DNA of 64,000 nucleotides from Puccinia triticina (Eukaryota): NCBI GenBank assembly GCA_026914245.1, contig CP110439.1, positions 8,804,001 to 8,868,000 of the forward strand, read 5' to 3'. Shown piece by piece: positions 35,978 to 47,011 of this stretch (position 1 is its first letter; each line of letters starts with the position of its first letter). The notes under the pieces were generated by a model. It saw only the letters and a program-made list of their open reading frames with translations, ran no database searches and was not told where the DNA came from. The position numbers and the translations under genes were made by a program.

Positions 35978-36569
35978 GGTGTTGTATGAATTTTTTTGCT
36001 AGCAAAGATGTGGTGATGGGTGCCGAAAAAAGACAGGATAGGGGGAAGAGCCGGGGGACCGGTGTTCAAGAAAAAAGTTCGAATTTATGTCTTTGTGCGC
36101 TTATATTTTTCCTGATCTCCTGTCGTCCTGGAGGACCTGGAAGGGCATAGGAAGAAGGAGCGCAGGTCCGCAGGAAGTGTTCCAGGTCGATTTTTTTTCC
36201 TGGAAAATCCGACCTGGAACGCTTCCTGGATCAATTTTGAATCCCCCTACTCTTGTCTTGATTTGAGTGCTGCCTGAAAATCTGGCTTGCCTGCATAGTT
36301 TACCGCGAATTCAACAAAACATTCGCAGCAACATTGTAAAGAAATCACGGAAGGAACGGATGGAATAGGATGGTCAGATTGTTGAAAGAAGAAGCAATTC
36401 GAGTCAGATGTCGTGCGAACTGTTCATGATCTGACTCGACTCAAAGCCATGTCGATTTCATGAGGGCAGCAGCAAAATGATTGGCCGGGCCTCACGGATG
36501 CTGGGTGTATGCATCCATCGAGATCCGAGATGGAACTCAAGAAGAAGTGGAACCAACTGAAAACCGACA

Positions 36570-39500
36570 ATGAACCAAAAACAACAACCACTAGACCATC
36601 AGGAACCCAAAACAACCACCCCAACCGAACAGGATAACGATCATCAAGAACCTCAACCCACAGCGACAGCCATCCCCGAAAGTTTACTACGTCGCTTGGA
36701 AGGACCTAGCTCAAACAAGGCCGGGCTGCTCAGAGACCCCGATCAGGTGGCCAAGATCATCTACGAATGTCAGTTCTCAATCAGCTTCACCCACCAAATA
36801 TTTCAGAACAAGCATCACAACTAATCTACGAAAGACAAAAACAGGCTCCAAAGGATCAAAGTACTTCTTGAACGAACAAGCCAAAGATGCACGGCTGACC
36901 GCACAAATCGAACAACTGGTATCTTCCACAACACACATCACCCATCCCGATGACGATCACAAAAATACCCATTCTGACGCCTTACATATCTCCCTGATCT
37001 GTCATCTAGCGTATCAAATTGGACCAGCAACTGGCTATGAGAAGAGGCAATTTAGATTTCGAGCAGCAAGAAGCACATCAGATCGCTGAATCACTGGAGC
37101 GGACGCGCGTATTAGACCAAACCATCGTATGCGTCGATGCAGACGCATTCTTCTGCTCCGTCAGTCACTTAACATACTCCGACATCTTTCAATTAAAAAC
37201 TATCCTGATCACAGATCGTGAACAGGTTGAGGAAATGTACGATCCCACTCTGAAAGGCAAAGTGCGCCGCATCCCACCTTACAAGCTGCTCTGAACGCCA
37301 CGTCCTCACAAAATTTACCCTTTGTAGGCCTTTGCCGTCGGTTCAGGCGTCCTAACAACAGCCAGTTACGAGGCGCGAAAATGGGTACGTGTCTGCTTCA
37401 TCATACATGCAAAATCTGCTCCCCCCGACCCCATGCCTATCTCAACTTTTGTCTTAATCTTTCTTAGGGTTGTGTACGTCTTTCTTGCTCAGAGCTTGGG
37501 ATTCCGCCAGGTCTCTATCTCACAGTCTCCTCTTTTCCTTCTTCAAACACAACTAGCGAAGCGCAATGGCCGGTTACATCGCTACTAAATTGTGTCCACA
37601 TTGTTAGTGTCCATTTCTTTCACACACTCAAAAATTATCATCATTGTCTTGACACCGTCTTTGCAGTAATATTTGTGGAACCTGATTTCAAAAAATACAA
37701 TGCTGCTTCGGAATCTATAATGAATATCCTTCGCCAGTATGACCCAAATCTTGCGCCCAACTCATTGGATGAATGCTACATGAACCTAGTCTGTCTTGAG
37801 TCAATCGTTGTTTTCTTACTCTTGTATGCAGCTGTGACTGATCAAAATACTCGTCTTGGTCCATTATTTGTGCTTGTCCAAGACTGTTTACTGCCGTGAT
37901 CATCAACTGTCAGCTGCCGAGGCTGCTTCACGTATGCGGCAGCACGTCTTGAAAGACACCGGTCTCACAGTGAGTGCCGGGATTGGGTGAGTGACCAAAT
38001 TTCAGTCTGGGTCAAACAACTGCAAAGAAATCATGCATATTAAAAGCTGTGCTTTCCAGACCAAATGTGATGATCGCCAAAATTGCGGCAGATCTGAATA
38101 AGCCCAACGGTCAATTTGAGTGTCCATCGACTAAGGAAGAGGCGATGAAGTTTATGAAAGATTTACCAGTGCGTAAAGTGCCCGGGGTAAGAAGGAAAAT
38201 CCTAAAGCCTGCCGTAAATCAAATTTCCCCCTCATCTCATCCTTCCGTTTTGCGTTTTCATCTTGTAGATCGGTCGAGTGACTGAACGATGGCTAGAAGT
38301 ATTGCAGGTGAAAAAGTGTGGTGATATTTGGGAGCAGAGGGCTAAATTGCTTCTGATGAGGTCTGAAGTTAGCTTCGACTCGCTACTAAGGGTCAGCAGC
38401 TATCTGCCCTCTGTATTTCCCTTGAATCGCATGCTCAGTTGCTATCGGTCCTACGGTTTCCTCGTGGAAGGCTTACTTGGGCTTAGGTCAAACCGATATT
38501 AAGCCAAGCCAAAGGTGTGTGACCACATCTAACTGATCTCAGTCGTTCGAGTGGAAGGACATGCACATTTGACTCCTGTTCGTTAAACAAAAAAGGGAAA
38601 ACCGGCAAAGTGTCGGGTGCGAAACTTCTTTTAAAAGTTTATCAAAGAAAGAAGACTTCTTTCAAAAAGTGAGTTCTCTCATTACCACTATTCTTGAAAA
38701 ACTTCACTGCTGACCTTCAACATCTGCTGAATTTAGCTGAAAGAATTATCGACAGAAGTGAGACAGATTTACAATACCAAACGATGGCGGCTTGTTCACA
38801 ATCTGATATCGAATGGTTATTTCTTCCATCAATCAAGTTGGCCGGAGATCTGTCTCGACTCCAGTTTGCGGGCCGTACCTTAACCCTGAAGGTTAAGCTG
38901 GATACGTTTGAAGTCCTGAGTCGCTCCATCACACCTGCAATACTTGGTCAAAGGTTGTTATCATCAGCTGCAGACCTTTACAAGTACGTCAGGTTCCCCA
39001 AGCTAGCAAAGTGAATATATTCCCGAGCAATTCTAACTTCTCCGCATTTATCAGGCATGCCAAACTACTTCTTGAACGCGAGATTGAAAGTCGACATGCG
39101 TCTTTTGACCAAGGAAAGAAGGTACCCGGTTGCAATGGTGCGCGAGAAATCAGTATCAGACTGTTGGGGATTAAGGTTAGCTTTGAGTTCGCTAAGTTGT
39201 CTTACATAGAAGGGACACTGAAGCAGGTCCTATCTTTAATCAGGTTTCGCATTTGCAGGACCAAAAAGACCCTGATCCCGGCAACAAAAATTCACTGCAA
39301 AGGGTTTGTCTAAGATCTAGCTTTCTTGAATTCCATTGTACGATTACAATTTCTTTATGTTTGGGTCTTGATATTTAGTGGATTGCCAACCCGACTACCA
39401 GTAACAAGGATGTCCAACTTGTCGAACCACCAGTCAGTTCAGTCTCCCTCACGTGTTTCCTCCATCAAAACGAATTCTCACGATTATCTTTGCACAGGAT

Positions 39501-39929
39501 GATGGCACTCAAGATAGCAAATGGCAGTGTCCAATCTGCAATATCCAGATGATTAAAAATGACTTGAAAACATTAAATGAACACGTTGATTTGTGTTTAT
39601 GGAATAGTTTGTTTTTAATTCACCCCTTCCATTTTGATTGCTTCACGTTAAGAAAACTGTTGGTCACTGTTTCTATAGGTTCCGAGGAAGGAAGACGAGA
39701 GCTGGACGAAGAGAGGAAAAGAACGACAAGTGGAAGAGTTCAAGCAAGCAATTCCTCCTCAGGATCAAAACTCAAGAGGAAAACGCAGGATCAGAGCAGG
39801 TCTTCAACCGGTTCATCATCATCAGCTAAAAAAGCTAGGGCGGAAGAAGCCAATAATCCTTCTGGTAGCAAGAAACAAGAGAAATCAATGTCCATTTTAG
39901 ATTGGTGTCAGAAGCCGCCGGGTAAATAA
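36570..39929 (+). CDS. POLK: Y-family DNA polymerase kappa (DinB homolog), many introns
   Basis: NKAGL...IIYECSKGSKYF N-clasp, CVDADAFFCSVE, TTASYEARKWGCRSAM, SLDECYMN, AKIAADLNKPNGQF, and a C-terminal UBZ finger CPIC...NEHVDLCL. Confidence 0.93.
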
Positions 39930-40976
39930 AACAAACTTTTGCAACCTTCATTAATTTTATTCATTCTTCCTCCAATTGTATCAAGCTCGACGGCATCACC
40001 TGTATATGTACAATCCCACCCTTCTTGGCGATCTTTCTAATAAAAGTCCTTAAATGTAACACACTTGATATTTATCAAGCTTGTGTTTCTCATTGCAATT
40101 GTTCAGGTATTTAAGGAACTATGTAAGGGTATTCAAAGTTGAGCTGCATAGAATGATAGATGTATAAAGTTTGTGTGTATGTTTTTTTGTGATTTTTACT
40201 GAATTTCACTGAGTGCCTTGCTGCTGTGGAGTGTTCACAGAACTTCACAAAACAAGCCTCCAGCAGGAGATATGTGCTCCACATTGCCCTCTTTTCCGGA
40301 GGCTAGATTCCAAATTTAGGTGGTAAGAATATTCAAAAGTATGCATTAGGAAGATGATCCTGGAAATGCTGGAAAGGTGATATCTTCGATGATTCTTATC
40401 CAACACCAACAATTCAATCAAAAGAAAAGGAATAGTTCATTACTGAAATGAGGGGAAACTTGGCGACGCCAGCGACTCCGTAGTCAAGTTCGTAGTCCTT
40501 CGTTACACCTTTGGTTACTGAAATAATACATCCTCCGCTGTCAAGGAGGAAGATGGCACCGTGTTGGATCAAGCTCTGCTTTATATAAGTGATCGGGCCT
40601 CGGAGCATGACCATGCCACACACTGGTCTTCAAACAGAAACTAGCCCACATTCATTCCACTTTTCCGTCCAACTTGCTCCTTCAGGCTTCAACTACCTGG
40701 AAAGATAGCACATTACAACCATCATTTTTTCCTTTTTATTTTCAGATTATCCTCATCACTCTGATAACATTTGCCACTCATTGAATTTTCCGTTTTACGC
40801 ATTTCTTTCACATTGTTGGGAAGCCAATAAATTTGGTAGCTTCCTGGCTTTGTGACCTCCCACTTTCTTGCAATTGGCTACAAAGAAAATCAAACCCCAT
40901 CATCCGGGTGGTTTGAAATAGATTCGCGGATATTGCCTGTCTGCTTTCCCTCCAGAGAATCACATCAACCTCAAGA

Positions 40977-41732
40977 ATGAACATCGGAAAAGGCCTTGTC
41001 CTTCTAATGCTATGCACGAATAATGTACACGCCGCTCTTGTAGATTTCACTTCCCAAACAATCAAACCCTTGACGCAGGGGACAGCTGGATTAAAGCCAT
41101 TGGAAAAAAGTGGAAATATATTCACTAGTTCGAAGGAGGCCCTTGCGTTGGATGGTAAAAAAATGGCAGTTGAACATCTAACCCTTAAACCGGGTGAAAG
41201 CACCTCGATCACATCAGTCAAAAACTCATCCGGAAAAACAATCGAAAAACCGGTGGAACATCCAAACGAAGCCTGCTCCCGAGGTCGACATAAAAGAAGT
41301 CTGGTTCTCGTTAGACGTGGTTGTTTCCGTGTGCTAGGCTCAGGACTGCTTGCGGCCTCCAATGGACTGGCGAATGCAGGTGTTAAATTAAATCGGTTTG
41401 ACAAACTAACTCCTCGTCAGAAATTCTTATGGCTTCGCAGAAAAACGACGAACGGATTGAAATATGCAGCTCTCGGCGTTGGCGCAACTGTTGCAGCGCC
41501 GGTTGTGGTTGCAGGTGGTTTGGTAATTGGTGTAGCAGCTGTGGTGGGTGGTATATCCGCATTCGCTGTTAGAGCTGCGTTTATGACGTTGAAGCTTGCG
41601 CGTCGAGGGACCCTTCATTTGTGGAAATACTTTGGCAAGGGATTGGTGGCAGCCGGAGAAGGCTTCCAAAAAGCCGGTCACGGTATGCAGGCTCAAACAG
41701 CGGTACGGCTCAGCAGGACGTCCCCGAAGTGA
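40977..41732 (+). CDS. Secreted basic protein, candidate effector (paralog 1)
   Basis: Intronless 251-aa ORF with signal-peptide-like MNIGKGLVLLMLCTNNVHA and clear paralogy to 43044-44093. Confidence 0.8.
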   Translation: MNIGKGLVLLMLCTNNVHAALVDFTSQTIKPLTQGTAGLKPLEKSGNIFTSSKEALALDGKKMAVEHLTLKPGESTSITSVKNSSGKTIEKPVEHPNEACSRGRHKRSLVLVRRGCFRVLGSGLLAASNGLANAGVKLNRFDKLTPRQKFLWLRRKTTNGLKYAALGVGATVAAPVVVAGGLVIGVAAVVGGISAFAVRAAFMTLKLARRGTLHLWKYFGKGLVAAGEGFQKAGHGMQAQTAVRLSRTSPK

Positions 41733-43043
41733 AGAATTGGAATCGAGCGACAATGGTGACCAAACCAAATATTCCCCGATAATGGAGCCAATGACATACG
41801 AGCGCTGTTCCATGCAAATTCCAGAACCTAACTCGGACCTGATTATTGCAGGAATCAACGGTATATACAATCACCAACAATGGGCCGGACCGGCTCGACC
41901 ATTTCACACGGGTAGGGTAAACCAAAATGTAACTTTCGCCGACTACAGTTCAAATCCCTTGGGTTCTTGTATTACCTTGAATAATTGGGCTTTTTGTAGT
42001 CACTGATGTGGTGATATATAGAAATGTAGTATTTATTTTGTCTGAGGAAACCCAAATTTGAGAAGAGTGAAATTAAGGATGGATATCCTACATTTTGCTG
42101 GGTGTCAACTTTCTACAAAATCCCTAGTTGCACTACATATAGTACAGCACAAGGTTCAATCTTGGATGCTGGGCATGGAGGCAAATCCCTTGAAGATGGG
42201 CCAAGTTTGTTAACATGAAAGGCAGCTTCTCAAGTAGAGATTCTATTGCCGGCAATCAATCAGGGGCACCATGAATTAGCCTGAGCAGTGAGCTCCACGT
42301 TTTGGAAAAAATGTTTCGCCACTAGCTCGTGTAACAAGCAATGGGGCCCCTGACACTAGATCAACCGTCAACAGTGATGAGATAAAGACTGGGGTTTAGG
42401 CTACTTGTGTTTTGTCGTCGGCGAGGTTTCATGGACTTCACTCAAAACCTCGAGGTGAGTTAGAGATCGGACAAGAAAACGGACTTCTCCTACGATGATT
42501 TTTCCCCGTAGTCAGGTAGCAGTCAAGCTGCCTTGAAGGAGGAGGGAGACATGGAAATCGTTTCACTGATCTCACCTGGCCCCGAACTACCGAAGCTTCC
42601 ATGATGATCAGAGCTCGGAATATCGACTTCGCAACCCAGCCACCAACCTTCCTCCCTGTTTTCTATCCAACTTTCCGTCTCAATTCACATCAAAATTAAT
42701 CCATTCCCTTCATTCTTTATCGCTGGGCACTTCCGATATCATAACCTGGTGGTTCATTCTGTCGTAGTGACTAAAGATCAATTACACTTCACCAGTATCT
42801 CGCAAGGAGGTCCAATCGTCAACTTATCAGAACTTTGATAAAATCAACATCGCACTCGTTAACATTTAACTTATTATACTTCTTTCCTTTGTGATTTTGG
42901 GTAGCAGATAAATTTTTAGTCTCCCTTATCTCCACGTATCAGTTTTCGTAAAAGCAGGGCACCGCAAGATACCAAAGCTCATAACCTGGGTGAAGTAGGT
43001 CCTATTCACGGGTATCGCCTGTCCAAACTCCCCACTGCAGAAG

Positions 43044-44093
43044 ATGAAGACATGGAGATGGCTTTGCCTCCTTCCTCTTTTTACAGAAAATATCCAGGCT
43101 GGTTTCACTCGCACTACAGCTAGCTTGATGACGGCCCCCGAAGCGTTATCATCAGTCAAGCCCCTCAACGCGGCAAAGGATCTAAAAGTTCCCGAAGCAA
43201 GTTTCAAAAGTAGTCAAAAAGTAGCGGAAGGTCTTAAAGGAGCTCCTTCGGTGAGCAATTCAAAATCGCAGGAGGCAATTACGATGAGGGCGCACAAAGA
43301 CAAAACTGCAAACCCAGGCAACAAAGCAACAGAAGAAAATTGCCCCCATGGTCGTATCACAAGAAGAAGTCTCGTTACGCTCAGACGTCGCGGTTGTTTT
43401 GGTAGAGTAGGCTCAGGGTTAATTGCTGCGTCTAATGGACTGGCAAATGCAGGAACTGGATTGCAGCGTTTCGACAAATTAACTGCTGGTCAGAAACTAT
43501 CATGGCTTCAAAGAAAAACAATAAACGGAGTTAAGCACACAGTTTCTGTCCTGGTGGTCAAGCCGGTTAAAGGACTGGCCTTCCTAGGAAGAAAAACGTT
43601 TCAAGCAGCCATGGCGGTTATCCGTGGGACCGGTCACGTGGCCGCAAAAACAGGTGCGGTGGCTGCCAAGGGAGTTTTTATTTCAGGATATATAGTCTAT
43701 AAAGCTGGCACGGGAATGCTCAAGGTGATAGGCCGACTGGCCCTTCATGCTTGGAAATATTTCGGAAAGGGATTGGCAGCAACAGGAAGAGGGCTCCAAA
43801 AGGCGGGCAAGGGCATGGAGGCTCAATCGGCGACACGGCTCGCCAAGAAAGTCCCGCATCCGCATCCGAACGCCCCTGTGCCCCCACATCCGTATGTGCG
43901 TGCGCCCCCATATCCGTATGCGTATGCGCCCCCACCTCAGTATGCGCATGCGCCCCCACCTCCGTATGCGCATGCGCCCCCACATCAGTTTGCGCCCACT
44001 CCCCCACATCAGTTCACACCCACTCCCCCACATCAGTTCGCGCCCACTTCCCCACATCAAGTCCCGCCGCCGCCGTATCAGCCTCCGAAGTGA
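43044..44093 (+). CDS. Secreted basic protein with Pro-rich repeat tail, candidate effector (paralog 2)
   Basis: Signal-peptide-like MKTWRWLCLLPLFTENIQA. Shares GSGL.AASNGLANAG..L.RFDKLT and WKYFGKGL.A.G.G.QKAG.GM.AQ blocks with paralog 1. Confidence 0.8.
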   Translation: MKTWRWLCLLPLFTENIQAGFTRTTASLMTAPEALSSVKPLNAAKDLKVPEASFKSSQKVAEGLKGAPSVSNSKSQEAITMRAHKDKTANPGNKATEENCPHGRITRRSLVTLRRRGCFGRVGSGLIAASNGLANAGTGLQRFDKLTAGQKLSWLQRKTINGVKHTVSVLVVKPVKGLAFLGRKTFQAAMAVIRGTGHVAAKTGAVAAKGVFISGYIVYKAGTGMLKVIGRLALHAWKYFGKGLAATGRGLQKAGKGMEAQSATRLAKKVPHPHPNAPVPPHPYVRAPPYPYAYAPPPQYAHAPPPPYAHAPPHQFAPTPPHQFTPTPPHQFAPTSPHQVPPPPYQPPK

Positions 44094-45197
44094 ATTTTAT
44101 CATAATGATTTTGGAACCAAACTCTGTAATCCTCAAGGCTTTCCTTCCCTTGATGCTCCTCCTTGGATTTCACCGGAATTCTTCGATAAAAAGATGCAAT
44201 GGACAATCTACAAACACTGTTACAATGGACATTCTGGTTTGCAAGCAGACAACCAACATGTATTTACATACATACAAGACAAAAGGAGACATGGGTTAGA
44301 ATAGGTCCAGTAGATGGCAATCTTTGGCTGTTTGGATTAGATACCTCACCATTAGGCTTTCAGCTGATGATTGTCACAACCTGCTATGACAGCTGCATTT
44401 CATCTTCCTGGTTTCTTTTTCTTGAATGTACTTCAAATTGGTGAGGGGAAGCTTTGCTTTTCCAGCTGCTTGGTTTTTCTTTTGGAGTGGAGAATGAATC
44501 ACTATTTATAAACATACACAGCTGAGTAGAAAAGTGAATATTTTGTTCACCCAAGCAAGTGTTGACCAGTTACATACATATAACTTGGGCACTTATGATT
44601 TATTTCATAGTGTCAAAGGCTTATTGATTTGATAAAAAGTCAGAAGTTTCATAACCTAGCCATAGCATTAAGAAGGATCAGAATGCTATAACAAGAGAAA
44701 TTATAAAGCTGATGTAACACTTTTCTCAAGAGCACTTCAGCAATAGGAGTGGGCTTAAGTCCAAACTTCTCTAAAGTGGCATGTCTAGCCCTACAGGAAC
44801 AAGAAAAATGGCAGGGGAGATGTCACCCTGCCCTATTGATACCTCCCCCTAGAATTTTATTTCTCACTGTGCCTTTTGCACCATTAAGATCCCCAGGTTC
44901 TTAGCTTATTTTTACCCATTTCAAACTCCTCAATATGCATCCCCCCTGGCAAGAAAAATCCTGTAAATGTTGTTATATGGTGGATTTCTGCAACCAATAC
45001 CCCCCCCCCCACCTTTGAGCCTGCGCAAGCTCAAGGAATTTCCCATTTTGAGCTCAAAAATGCCTGGAAGACCCCTTCAGAACCAGTTCACAGGAGGTGG
45101 ATTGGACTATTAACTATGAAGGGCAGCAAGCTAAAAAACAAGGGATGAAAGCTGAGATAGCAGGCTAAAAGTCTGGCTACCCGGTTTTTTTTTTGGG

Positions 45198-46012
45198 GGG
45201 TCAGCCTTTATGTACACCAAAGAAATACCACATGCACACCATTTTTGCTGGGTATTAGTGTGCACTCTAAGAAATTGGAGTGCACACCCATGCACTCCAA
45301 AAAAATGGAGTGCACACTCATGCACTTCAAAAAATTGGTGTGCACACTCATGCACTGCCTGATTGGTAGTGGATTTCTCTTTACTCTCACTAATGGTAGG
45401 CTTCTAGTAAAGCCCACCAAGTCTAGCATAGAAATTCTATACTACACTACACTTGAGGGCAACTTGGTGTTAGTAAAGCTGTGCTAACAGCAGCCCTTTT
45501 GCCTGTAGTGTTAAGTCACCCCTACTACTGCTACACTACAGAGCGTTCAGAAGCAAAAAAGGCCAAAAACCCACTGCAAAGAGCTTTAAAAAGTGTAGAA
45601 GAACTTTCTATGACCTGTGTGAGTTGGATAAGAGCAGAGAAGATGTGATTCCCCCAATTCTACAATAAGAATCCTGCAAAACTACACCATACCAAAACTT
45701 TGGTGAGCTTATTGAATATTAGTCTCACCAGGATGTAATTGCTCAAGTTGGTCACTTCTTTTAGCTTCTCTTTTTTACATCCTGGCTGTATTGATTTCAC
45801 ATGGCTTCACTCCACTTTTTTCAAGTGATTGGGTGTGCACTCCAATTTTTGGGAGTGCGGGAGTTTGTACTCCAATTTTTTGGAGTGAATGAGTGTGCAC
45901 TGATTTTTTTTGTAGTGCATGATTGAGCACTCCAATTTTTGGGAGTGCATGGGTATGCACTCCAAAAATGGTGTGCATGTGGTATTTCTTTGGTGTGCAG
46001 AAAGGCTGACCC
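45198..46012. mobile_element. Foldback element with long TIRs containing 30-bp tandem repeats (MULE-like)
   Basis: GGGTCAGCCTTT.TG.ACACCAAAGAAATACCACATGCACACCATTTTTG and its reverse complement ending at 46012. Arrays of GGAGTGCACAC.CATGCACT in both arms. TSD unresolved. Confidence 0.75.
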
Positions 46013-46487
46013 TTTCTTTAAACCACAAACTAAACTTTGTAAATGGTTTTCAAAAGAAAATACTGTTTTTTGTAAGAAAAACTCAAGCCTGTAGGGCCAA
46101 TGATGTGACATTGGAGGTAAGCCTCTCCTTTGGAGACGCTTGCATCTCCAAAGGAGAGGCTTAGTTGTTAAGCTTGGCTTGAGTCAATAATCAAAGAATC
46201 AATAGCCTAGCCCATATTATGCCTATAACTTTGCATTAATGGACTGGTTTAATTCAATCTCAATTTCATTCACTTCAACCACTACCAGATATCCTGTGTT
46301 GGATATCCAGTGCCCCTGGGCCTGCTCGGACAGACCCAAGTGGGTTGTTGGAGGTGTCCCTGGGGCAGTGTTCCTAGGATAGACCCAGGGTCACCACCAG
46401 ATGGCTGTGTCACAGGGGCGCCCCACTACAGGTTTCTGGGGCGGCTCAACCGCCCCAGTGTAGTCATCTCAAATCTTACAACATAAA

Positions 46488-46568
46488 CATAAGATCATAG
46501 GTGACTTTGGCTGGGATTATGTAAGCTTATGTAAGCATGTCCCAGCCAAAGTCACTTATGATTTTATG
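46488..46568. repeat. Hairpin/foldback with 29-bp arms
   Basis: CATAAGATCATAGGTGACTTTGGCTGGGA / TCCCAGCCAAAGTCACTTATGATTTTATG with 2 mismatches. The loop contains TTATGTAAGC twice. Confidence 0.85.
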
Positions 46569-47011
46569 ATTTCAATTTTAAAGACCACTACTACAATCAG
46601 AATAGCCTATTCTGATGGGCCAACCACATCATGAGTGGGGATTACCAGGTCAAAGGCTATGTCTTTAGGTGCCTATATGTTATGTGTTTGGCACCTAAAC
46701 ACATAAAGTTCATGCTTTTCAGCATGATGAATATTCATTTTGCGTTTACTCCAAGGATTGGTGGGATCTGCATCTATACCCCACTAGCTCTAAACGGAGC
46801 TCCGGGTCAAGTTGATCCCCAGTTTATCCAACCCGATGCGGGTACGGAGTCAAATTAAGTGTCCTAATCCGGGCTAACTTAGCGCCCGATGCGGATGGGG
46901 TTGAAGTGATTGCGTACATCATTACATGTGGTATTTCCTGTTAGGTGTTAGCGGTATTATGCTAACGCCGATGGTCCCAGAGAGTGTAAAACAGGAGAGA
47001 TTTGCCGGAGT

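Larger units (their letters stand above)
30305..36248. mobile_element. Apparently intact autonomous PIF/Harbinger-superfamily element (Pangu-like) with four genes
   Basis: 27-bp perfect TIR AGGGGGATTCAAAATTGATCCAGGAAG (about 50 bp imperfect), ACT/ACT TSD (30302-30304, 36249-36251), and CCAGG/CCTGG subterminal repeats. Confidence 0.93.

Noticed and set aside
30304..36249. Alternative reading as a TA-TSD Tc1/mariner element with G-starting TIR
   Set aside because: The transposase is Harbinger-type, and the ACT/ACT match explains the TA flanks as a by-product.
43683..44304. Alternative-frame repeat ORFs (CACAPTSV, MRPH)
   Set aside because: Shadows of the tandem repeat within the secreted-protein CDS.
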